Positions 54,428 through 61,655 of a stretch of DNA of 64,000 nt are shown here, piece after piece. The stretch is from Kiloniellales bacterium. GTDB taxonomy: Bacteria; Pseudomonadota; Alphaproteobacteria; Kiloniellales; J153. Position 1 is the stretch's first letter; every line of letters starts with the position of its first letter. The translations under genes were made by a program, and so were the position numbers. Location: assembly GCA_036397065.1 (NCBI GenBank), contig DASWJP010000109.1:32538-96537 (forward strand), given 5' to 3'. The notes under the pieces are model-generated. The model saw nothing but the letters and a program-made list of their open reading frames with translations. It searched no databases and was not told where the DNA came from.

Positions 54428-56149
54428 TCAGCTCAACGGCCAGACCTCTGACAGGAACTTCCAGTTGATGAAGTAGTACAGGACGAAGGCCAGGAAGAAG
54501 ACGCAGACCAGGACGATGGTTCCCGGCAGCTTCAATGTGCCTTCGCTGCCATAGGTCGACACCGCCCCGCCCGGAGCCACGATCGGATTGGCCTTGACCG
54601 CGGCCTCGTCGCGCACCTTGCCGAACAGGATCGAACCGACCACGACGACCACATACATCAGCCCGCCAAGCGCCGCCAATATCGCGCTGATACCGTTCAG
54701 TCCCATCATCAGGAACGCGGTTCCCGGATAATCGAAGGTAAAGATGGAATCGCTGAAGGTGATGTCCCAATGCCGGCGCGAAACGCCCAGCGTCCCGGCG
54801 CCCATCATGAACAACGAGATGCCGGAAGCCCCGATGGCGAAGATATAAGGCTGCCACCGGGCCACCCCGGGCAGGATCAACTCGCGGCGGAAGATCAGGG
54901 GGATCACCAGATAGGTGATGGCCATGAACGCCAGGGTCGTGCCCGTCACCACAGTCGCATGGAAGTGCCCGGGCACATAGAGCGTGTTATGCATCAACAA
55001 GTTGATTTGCTCGGTGCCGAGCACGACACCGGAAATGCCGCCCAGGAAGCCGAAGAGCACCAGGGACATGAACATGCCGGAGAACGCCGGATTGGCCCAC
55101 GGCGCCTGGCGCAGCCAGCCGAAAATACCCTTGTTGAAACCGCGCCGCCGCTGCGCCGCCTCGACCGCGCCGGGCAGGCTCATGCCGTGGATCATGCTGC
55201 CCAGAACGGCCAGATAGATGGCATAGCTGGTATTGAAGATCTTCCATTCGGAACTGATGCCCGGCTCGGCCAGCAAGTGATGGGCGCTGGCCAGTTGCAG
55301 GAACAGGATATAGAGCAGGAACGCCGAGCGGCTGACTTTCTCCGACAAGGGCTTGGCGCCGAGGACCAGGGCGGCGATGGCATACCAGACCGCGACTTGG
55401 GCCGAGACGTTGATCTGCTGCGACGAATGGCCCATGGCCCACCACACGATCTTGTACATCACCGTATCGATGTGGCTGATGTAGCCGACCGACCACAGGA
55501 AAGTCGGAATCAGAATGATGGCGCCGGAGGCGACGGTGAAGACCGCGATGATCGCCGCCGTGATCGCTCCGAAGGTGACCAGCGGCACCGAACCCTCGTA
55601 GGTCTTTTCCTCTTTGGCGATGACCAGCGTGCCGAAAAAAACGATACAACCGACCAGAGCGCCGACCGCGAAGAGAATCAAACCGAGATAGAAATGCGGG
55701 GCCGCCTTCATCGGCACATAAGACGTAAACATGACACTGGATTCACCCTGCAGCACGGCGACAGTCGCCATGAGCGATCCGATGACCATGAGGATGAACC
55801 CGAACCAGGCGAACTTCGGCGTCGCCAGGCGGCAATTCAACAGGATTGCCGAGGCGAAATAGAGGATCGCCATCTCGAAAAAGATGATCCAGAACAAGAG
55901 CACCGCGGCGCCGTGCGCGGTCAAAGCGGTGTAGAACCACTCCGCCGGCAGCAAATGCACCGCTGGCCAGCGGGTCAAGGCCACCAGCAGGCCGAACAGC
56001 CCGCCAACCGCCAGGAACACGACGGCAACCACGGCGTTGGCCTTGATCAAGGTTTCGGCCTTGGCATACACGCGCAAGCCGGTATCGGGGCAAACCCGAT
56101 ATTTCTCCTCTGGCCACGCCAGAGCGCCTTCCAATGCGCCTACGCTCAT
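54428..56149 (-). CDS. Heme-copper oxidoreductase subunit I, B-family (ba3)-like, lacking the canonical cross-linked tyrosine.
   Basis: All six His ligands are present (TAHG; WWAMGH; SAHH; GHFH). Helix VI reads GHSSQQ where B-family oxidases read GHPxVY. Confidence 0.85.
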   Translation of the reverse strand: MSVGALEGALAWPEEKYRVCPDTGLRVYAKAETLIKANAVVAVVFLAVGGLFGLLVALTRWPAVHLLPAEWFYTALTAHGAAVLLFWIIFFEMAILYFASAILLNCRLATPKFAWFGFILMVIGSLMATVAVLQGESSVMFTSYVPMKAAPHFYLGLILFAVGALVGCIVFFGTLVIAKEEKTYEGSVPLVTFGAITAAIIAVFTVASGAIILIPTFLWSVGYISHIDTVMYKIVWWAMGHSSQQINVSAQVAVWYAIAALVLGAKPLSEKVSRSAFLLYILFLQLASAHHLLAEPGISSEWKIFNTSYAIYLAVLGSMIHGMSLPGAVEAAQRRRGFNKGIFGWLRQAPWANPAFSGMFMSLVLFGFLGGISGVVLGTEQINLLMHNTLYVPGHFHATVVTGTTLAFMAITYLVIPLIFRRELILPGVARWQPYIFAIGASGISLFMMGAGTLGVSRRHWDITFSDSIFTFDYPGTAFLMMGLNGISAILAALGGLMYVVVVVGSILFGKVRDEAAVKANPIVAPGGAVSTYGSEGTLKLPGTIVLVCVFFLAFVLYYFINWKFLSEVWPLS

Positions 56150-56157
56150 GATCGCCT

Positions 56158-56700
56158 CTACTGTTTGTCGACGACGCGGATTTTACCGACCATGGTGTGA
56201 TGGCCGATACCGCAGAATTCATTGCACACGACAAAGAACTCGCCCGCTTCGTTGGGCGTGATGGTCAACACCAACTCATAGTTCGGGTGAACCTGGATGT
56301 TGATGTTGGTCGGTTGCAGGGAGAAGCCATGCTGCCAGTCCAGGGAGGACAGGTGCAGCCGATAGCTCTGGTCCTTTTCAAATTCCAGAACAGGCCACCA
56401 CTCCCATAGGCGGGCGATCAGGTAGACCTCGCTGCCCGGCGGCGGATGCACCACGGGTACGCCGGTATCGCCCTCCTCGCCGATCGTGTATTGATCGGCC
56501 ATGGCCTCGGCCTTGGCCGCGAAGACATCGGGATCGATGCGATAAGCCTCGTTGGAGAGATTCTGCTGACCGGCGATGTGCCAATAGATCATCGCCGAGA
56601 ACATCAATACGCCCCACAGGAACGCAATCGTGATCCAGATGATCTCCATGCGATGCAGGGGTTCGTTCCACCAGAGACCCTTGACAGGTTGTATTGCCAT
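56158..56700 (-). CDS. Heme-copper oxidoreductase subunit II, ba3-like, single TM, with an intact CuA site.
   Basis: QHGFSLQPTNINIQV and CNEFCGIGHHTM give the CuA pattern H...C-x-E-x-C-G-x-x-H-x-x-M. Confidence 0.85.
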   Translation of the reverse strand: MAIQPVKGLWWNEPLHRMEIIWITIAFLWGVLMFSAMIYWHIAGQQNLSNEAYRIDPDVFAAKAEAMADQYTIGEEGDTGVPVVHPPPGSEVYLIARLWEWWPVLEFEKDQSYRLHLSSLDWQHGFSLQPTNINIQVHPNYELVLTITPNEAGEFFVVCNEFCGIGHHTMVGKIRVVDKQ

Positions 56701-56712
56701 GGTTTGCCCCTG

Positions 56713-56901
56713 TTATTTGGCGATGGGAATTTGGGTGACTTCCATGATCCCCCAGATCAGATAGAAGACCGTCGGCATCACCACGCCGAGGAAGAGCAGC
56801 AGAAATGGATTGTCGAGCAGACGCTGCATCATCGGCACGCGTACCGCCCTGCCGCCGCTCGCCGCTTGAGCTTCACCGGATTGCGCGTTTTCAGCCGCCA
56901 T
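56713..56901 (-). CDS. Small single-TM protein (62 aa), possible oxidase subunit IIa-like component.
   Basis: ATG at 56901 after a GGAGGGGGG RBS. TM segment FLLLFLGVVMPTVFYLIWGIM. Its position directly upstream of subunit II matches ba3-type operons. Confidence 0.55.
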   Translation of the reverse strand: MAAENAQSGEAQAASGGRAVRVPMMQRLLDNPFLLLFLGVVMPTVFYLIWGIMEVTQIPIAK

Positions 56902-57005
56902 GAACGTCCCCCCTCCGTTGCGAAACAACCATGCCCCCTCGCCTGCGGACTTGGCCGCGGCACATGCATTCCGCACCAATCTCACGGACCCGGCCGGATC
57001 TGTCT

Positions 57006-57019
57006 TTGACCTAAATCAA
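57006..57019. promoter_or_regulatory. FNR/FixK-type box TTGA-CCTAAA-TCAA upstream of the oxidase operon.
   Basis: Read from sequence. Lies in the 132-nt gap between 57034 and 56901. Confidence 0.6.
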
Positions 57020-57033
57020 TCGCCGGATCGGCC

Positions 57034-57216
57034 CTATTCGGGAGCAAATTGGCGGATCAGTGTGAAGGCAATGAGGGCAGAAGCCAACAGTATACCGAAA
57101 AAGATCACGGATCGCTGCTCGAATCGGCGGCCGGCAAAGGATTCCGCCTGGCGCAGGGCAAAATCCGCGAAGAAGTACAAGGCGATGGCGACAAGGCCGA
57201 GCGTGATCAGTTCCAT
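57034..57216 (-). CDS. Small two-TM membrane protein (60 aa).
   Basis: The ATG at 57216 overlaps the SCO1 stop by 10 nt. Two hydrophobic helices. No family recognised. Confidence 0.4.
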   Translation of the reverse strand: MELITLGLVAIALYFFADFALRQAESFAGRRFEQRSVIFFGILLASALIAFTLIRQFAPE

Positions 57217-57845
57217 TGAGACCCGAACGAGGTTTGCTGCGTCATCAGGCGCTCAAGGGCCTTGGCCATGGCCTCGGGCGTCGCATCGTGCTTCAGGTAG
57301 GTCAGCACCCGGCCATCCGGGCCGATCAGGTAGACAAAGGCACTGTGATCGACGGTGTAGGCATCGCCGCCGCCGTCACCCTTGGCAACATAGACACGAT
57401 AGTCCTGGGCCACCTGACGGATCTGTTCCGGGCTGCCGCTCAGGCCGATCATGCGCGAATCGAACGAGGCCACGTACTGGGCCAACACCGCCGGGGTATC
57501 GCGGTCCGGATCCACGGTGACGAACAGGGGTTGCACGGCATCGGCCTTGGTGCCCAGAAGCGCCATCGCGGCGACGACGGTATTCAACGTGGTCGGGCAA
57601 ACGTCGGGGCAAAACGTATAGCCGAACACCATCACTAGGTACTTGCCGCGATACGATTGGTCGGTGACCGGCTCGCCGAAATGGTTGACCAGCGAAAACG
57701 GGCCGCCCGGCGCCGCCGCATCAGTCGTGACCACCGGCAAGCCATCGACGGCCGCCTGTTCCCGCTCGCCTCTCAGCCACAACCATTCGCCAACGAGAAT
57801 CGCGACGAACACGACGATAACCGCGGCAACCCGCCCATATCTCAT
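57207..57845 (-). CDS. SCO1/SenC copper chaperone (membrane-anchored thioredoxin fold).
   Basis: Start MRYGRVAAVIVVFVAILV at 57845 after an AAGGAAAA RBS. CxxxC appears as FCPDVCP, and the conserved His as TVDHSAFVYL. Confidence 0.85.
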   Translation of the reverse strand: MRYGRVAAVIVVFVAILVGEWLWLRGEREQAAVDGLPVVTTDAAAPGGPFSLVNHFGEPVTDQSYRGKYLVMVFGYTFCPDVCPTTLNTVVAAMALLGTKADAVQPLFVTVDPDRDTPAVLAQYVASFDSRMIGLSGSPEQIRQVAQDYRVYVAKGDGGGDAYTVDHSAFVYLIGPDGRVLTYLKHDATPEAMAKALERLMTQQTSFGSQWN

Positions 57846-57909
57846 CGACGTTTTCCTTATGGACCATCGGCACTGGCGCGATGATACGACGGACCGGCCG
57901 GAATGGGTA

Positions 57910-57923
57910 TTGACATCGATCAA
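57910..57923. promoter_or_regulatory. FNR/FixK-type box TTGAC-ATCG-ATCAA in the divergent SCO1 / DUF2189 intergenic region.
   Basis: Read from sequence, 9 of 10 matches to TTGAT-N4-ATCAA. -10-like hexamers sit about 32 nt from the box centre on both strands (TATCAT on minus, TATGCT on plus). Confidence 0.65.
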
Positions 57924-58035
57924 GTGAGGTTTGCCCGGCACCGTGGTATGCTATGAATTCAGGGACAGGGTGACGGTGGGATCGGCCTCGTTTCCGTTCC
58001 GCCAAGGCAAGTCATCGCGAAGGACTCCACGGGAC

Positions 58036-58806
58036 ATGGCGCACATCGATACCGCTGCCGGGCCTCCGATCCGGCGAATCACCTTGGAACAACCTTGGTC
58101 GTGGCTGGCCGCCGGCTGGCGCGACATGTGGCAAGCGCCGCACATCAGTCTGTCTTATGGCGGGGCCTTTACGGTCATCAGCCTGGCCCTGACGGCGGGC
58201 CTGTTCGCCACCGGCTTCGAATATCTGCTGCCGCCGCTGGCGGCCGGGTTCATGTTCCTCGGGCCTTTGCTCGCGGTCGGCCTCTACGAAACCAGCCGCC
58301 GGCTGCAGGCGGGCGAGCCGGTGAGCCTGCGCCACGCCCTCTTCGTCACCACCCGGGCCCCGGCGCAACTGGCCTTCGTGGGCATTCTGCTGGCCCTGTT
58401 CCTGCTCGCCTGGATGCGTATCGCCACCCTGCTGTTCGCCCTATTCATCGGCACCCAGGCGATGCCGCCGCTGGCCGAGATCCTGCCGTGGCTGTTCTTT
58501 ACCCGGGATGGTTTGGGATTGTTGATCGTTGGCGGCGCCGTCGGTGCAGTCCTGGCTGTCACTGCCTTCGCCATCAGCGTGGTCTCGGTGCCCATGCTGA
58601 TGGTCCGCGACATCGATGCGGTGACCGCCATGATCCTGAGTGTGCGCACAGCACGGCGCAATGCCGTGGTCCTGGCCCTGTGGGCCTGGTTGATCGCGAT
58701 CCTGACCGGGGTCGGCCTGGCGACCCTGTTTATCGGTTTGACCCTGATCTTCCCTCTGGTCGGTCATGCAAGCTGGCATGCCTATCGGGATCTGAGCGGG
58801 GAGTAG
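58036..58806 (+). CDS. Polytopic integral membrane protein, DUF2189-like.
   Basis: Start MAHIDTAAGPPIRRITLEQPWSWLAAGWRDMW. 5-6 TM helices. Family assignment is from memory and tentative. Confidence 0.6.
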   Translation: MAHIDTAAGPPIRRITLEQPWSWLAAGWRDMWQAPHISLSYGGAFTVISLALTAGLFATGFEYLLPPLAAGFMFLGPLLAVGLYETSRRLQAGEPVSLRHALFVTTRAPAQLAFVGILLALFLLAWMRIATLLFALFIGTQAMPPLAEILPWLFFTRDGLGLLIVGGAVGAVLAVTAFAISVVSVPMLMVRDIDAVTAMILSVRTARRNAVVLALWAWLIAILTGVGLATLFIGLTLIFPLVGHASWHAYRDLSGE

Positions 58807-58954
58807 GCGGCGCCTCGTCATCGTCGAACAGGATGCGGTGGGCGGCGCCATCCAAATCCTCGAACTGGCCCGACTTCAATGCCCAGAGAAATGCCGCCAG
58901 ACCGAGAAGCCCCAGGAACAGGGCCACCGGGATCAGGTAAGCCAGCGCGCTCAT
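58730..58954 (-). CDS. ccoS: cbb3 oxidase maturation protein CcoS/FixS, with an unusually long C-terminal tail.
   Basis: MSALAYLIPVALFLGLLGLAAFLWALKSGQFEDLDGAAHRILFDDDE. The ATG at 58954 overlaps the ccoI stop in ATGA. Confidence 0.8.
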   Translation of the reverse strand: MSALAYLIPVALFLGLLGLAAFLWALKSGQFEDLDGAAHRILFDDDEAPPTPRSDPDRHASLHDRPEGRSGSNR

Positions 58955-61173
58955 GGCCACTCGCCCCGGCGCAACAGGTTCAGCCGCAGGGCATTCAAGG
59001 TCACCGCGATGGACGAGGCGGACATGGCCGCGGCAGCGATCAACGGCGTGACATGGCCGGCCACCGCCAGGGGCACGGCGATGGCGTTATAGCCGAACGC
59101 CAGGGCGAAGTTTTGCAGCACCAGGCGGCGGGCCAGGCGGGCGACGCGGATCGCCTCGGCCAAAGGCGCCAGGCCGTCGCCCTGCAAGATCACATCCGCC
59201 GCCGTCTGGCTGATATCCGCCGCCTCGGCGGGCGACGCCGACACGTGGGCGGCGGCCAGGGCCGGCGCGTCGTTCAAGCCATCGCCGACCATCAGCACCC
59301 GTTGGCCCGCCCGCGCCATGTCGGCCAGGCGGGCGGTCTTCTCGGCCGGCCGGCACTCGGCCTGCCAATCGGCAATACCCAGGCCCTCGGCCAGGGCACG
59401 CACCGCAGCGGGCCGGTCGCCGGAGAGTAACATGAGGGAAAATCCCTGCCGGCGCAGCCAGCCGATCAAGGCGCCCGCATCGGTCCGCGGGGCATCGCGG
59501 AAGGCGAAGCGCACCGGCGCGCGGCCTTCGACGGCCAGCCACATCTCCATCTCCGAAGCCGCCGCCCCGGTGTCGGCCACGCCGCACCAGGACCTGTGGC
59601 CCAGGCGCACCGGGCGCCCGCCGGCCGCGGCCTCCAGGCCCATCCCCGGTTCCTCGCGCACGTCCGGCGCCGCTGCCACGGGTCCGGCCGCCCGGCACAA
59701 GGCCCGCGCCAGCGGGTGCCGGCTGACGCACGCCAGGGACGCGGCCAGGCGCAGATCATCGAGCGAAACATCGCCGCCGTTCACCAGTTCCGGCCGGCCC
59801 AGGGTCAAGGTTCCGGTCTTGTCGAACACCACCGCGTCCACCTGGGCCAGACGCTCCAGCCCGTCCGCCGATTTCACCAGCACACCCCGGCGCAACAGGC
59901 GGGCAACGGCGGTCACCTGCACCGCCGGCACGGCCAGACCCAAGGCGCACGGACAGGTGATGATCAGCACCGCCACGGCGGTCATCAGGGCGCTTTGCCA
60001 CGGGGCGCCGGCAATCAGCAGCCAGCCGAGGAAGGTGGCCGCTGCCAGTCCGTGAACGGTCGGCGCATAGATCCGCGCCGCCCGGTCGGCCAAGCGCACA
60101 TAGCGGGCCCGGCCTTGTTCCGCCGCCGTCATCAGGCGCCCGATTTCGGCCAGCAGGGTGCCCTCGCCGGTGGCGGTCACCTGGATCTCCAGGGGCGCGC
60201 CCAGATTGACGGTGCCGGCGAAGACCTCGTCGCCAAGGCCGACGAGGCGCGGCAGGCTTTCGCCGGTGACCAGGCTGGTATCGATGTCGCTGCGCCCGGC
60301 GACGATGCGGCCATCGGCGGGAATGCGTTCGCCGGCTGCTACGGCGACCCGGGCACCGGTCGCCAGCGAAGCAGTGGCGACCGAGCGGCGGCGCCCATCC
60401 GCCTCGATCAAGGTCGCCGACCGGGCCCGTAAGGCCAGCAGGTTCTCGGCCGCCGAGCGCACCCGGCCGCGCACGCCCAGATCCAGGGTGCGGCCAATCA
60501 GCAGGAAGAACAGCAGCATCACCGCGGCGTCGAAATAGACCAGCGGTCCGCCGCGCACGGTTTCGAACAGGCTCATGGCGGTGGTCAGCAGAACGGCCAA
60601 CGAAATCGGCACGTCCATGTTCAACCGGCCGCCCCGGAGCGCCGTCACCGCTGAGGCAAAGAACGGCCGGCCGGCATAGGCCACGGCCGGCAGGGCGATC
60701 AGGGCCGAGACCCAGTGCAGCAGGCTGCGCGTCGCCGCGCCCATGTCGGCGGCCAGGCCGCTCCACACCGAAACCGACAGCAGCATCACATTGCCGGCGG
60801 CAAACCCGGCCACCGCCAAGGCGCGCAACAAGGCGCGGCGCTCGGTTTCGCCCGCCGCGGCGATCGCGTCCGCATCGAAGGGGGCCAAGCGGTAGCCCAG
60901 GGCCAGCACCGGCGCCAGCAGGTCCGCGGCCGGCGCCTCGCCCCGCCAGCGCAGGCGCAACCGGCGGCTGGTCAAGTTGACGCGTGCTTCCAGAACGCCG
61001 GGTTGCCCGCGCAAGGCGCCCTCGATGCGCGGAATGCAGCCGGGGCAGTGCAGGTTCTCGACTGCCAGATTCAGCTCGGCGGCGCCATCGGCGCCGGTGC
61101 GCACGTAGAGGCTGGGATCGGCCATGGCCGCCGTGTCCGCGGTCAGCGTATCCGCGTCCGTTACGGCAACCAT
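58951..61173 (-). CDS. ccoI: Copper-translocating P1B-type ATPase CcoI/FixI.
   Basis: ATG at 61173 after a GGAGGA RBS. N-terminal CPGC metal-binding domain, CPC TM motif (ITCPCALGLA), DKTGTLT and GDGLNDAP. Confidence 0.9.
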   Translation of the reverse strand: MVAVTDADTLTADTAAMADPSLYVRTGADGAAELNLAVENLHCPGCIPRIEGALRGQPGVLEARVNLTSRRLRLRWRGEAPAADLLAPVLALGYRLAPFDADAIAAAGETERRALLRALAVAGFAAGNVMLLSVSVWSGLAADMGAATRSLLHWVSALIALPAVAYAGRPFFASAVTALRGGRLNMDVPISLAVLLTTAMSLFETVRGGPLVYFDAAVMLLFFLLIGRTLDLGVRGRVRSAAENLLALRARSATLIEADGRRRSVATASLATGARVAVAAGERIPADGRIVAGRSDIDTSLVTGESLPRLVGLGDEVFAGTVNLGAPLEIQVTATGEGTLLAEIGRLMTAAEQGRARYVRLADRAARIYAPTVHGLAAATFLGWLLIAGAPWQSALMTAVAVLIITCPCALGLAVPAVQVTAVARLLRRGVLVKSADGLERLAQVDAVVFDKTGTLTLGRPELVNGGDVSLDDLRLAASLACVSRHPLARALCRAAGPVAAAPDVREEPGMGLEAAAGGRPVRLGHRSWCGVADTGAAASEMEMWLAVEGRAPVRFAFRDAPRTDAGALIGWLRRQGFSLMLLSGDRPAAVRALAEGLGIADWQAECRPAEKTARLADMARAGQRVLMVGDGLNDAPALAAAHVSASPAEAADISQTAADVILQGDGLAPLAEAIRVARLARRLVLQNFALAFGYNAIAVPLAVAGHVTPLIAAAAMSASSIAVTLNALRLNLLRRGEWP

Positions 61174-61655
61174 AGGCGATCCTCCAGAACGAAGATCGCG
61201 CCGTCCGGCGAGGTGGCGCGCAAACGCACGTCCCACTGGCCGGCGGCGAGTTGATCCACATCGGCACCGTATCGGCCCGGACCGTCCCGGACGAGATCAA
61301 TGGCCCGATCGAGATCGTCGCGCACCGGCCGGCGCAGATCACCGGAGACCGCCAAGCCTTCCACCGGCGCCCCGCTGCGGTCGGTGAAGGCGACGGTGAG
61401 GCGGGCCCCGCCGCCGGCCATCGGCTCAAGCACCGCCTTGGCCTGCCAATTCAAGGCCCGCTGCGCCTCGGCCCCGGCCAAAGTCTGGTTGTAGGCCAGG
61501 CCGCGCTGGTAGGCATCCTCGGTGCTCAGGCCGCTCCAACTCCACATGGCCAGGGCGATGTAGATCCCGTTCACGGCGATCACAAAGGCAAAGAAGGCAA
61601 GCACGGCGATCAACACGTGCTTCCCTTTCAAGGTGCGTATACCGGATCTGTTCAT
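61161..61655 (-). CDS. ccoH: CcoH/FixH cbb3 assembly protein.
   Basis: One N-terminal TM followed by a FixH-like domain. ATGA overlap with the ccoG stop. Confidence 0.8.
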   Translation of the reverse strand: MNRSGIRTLKGKHVLIAVLAFFAFVIAVNGIYIALAMWSWSGLSTEDAYQRGLAYNQTLAGAEAQRALNWQAKAVLEPMAGGGARLTVAFTDRSGAPVEGLAVSGDLRRPVRDDLDRAIDLVRDGPGRYGADVDQLAAGQWDVRLRATSPDGAIFVLEDRLWLP

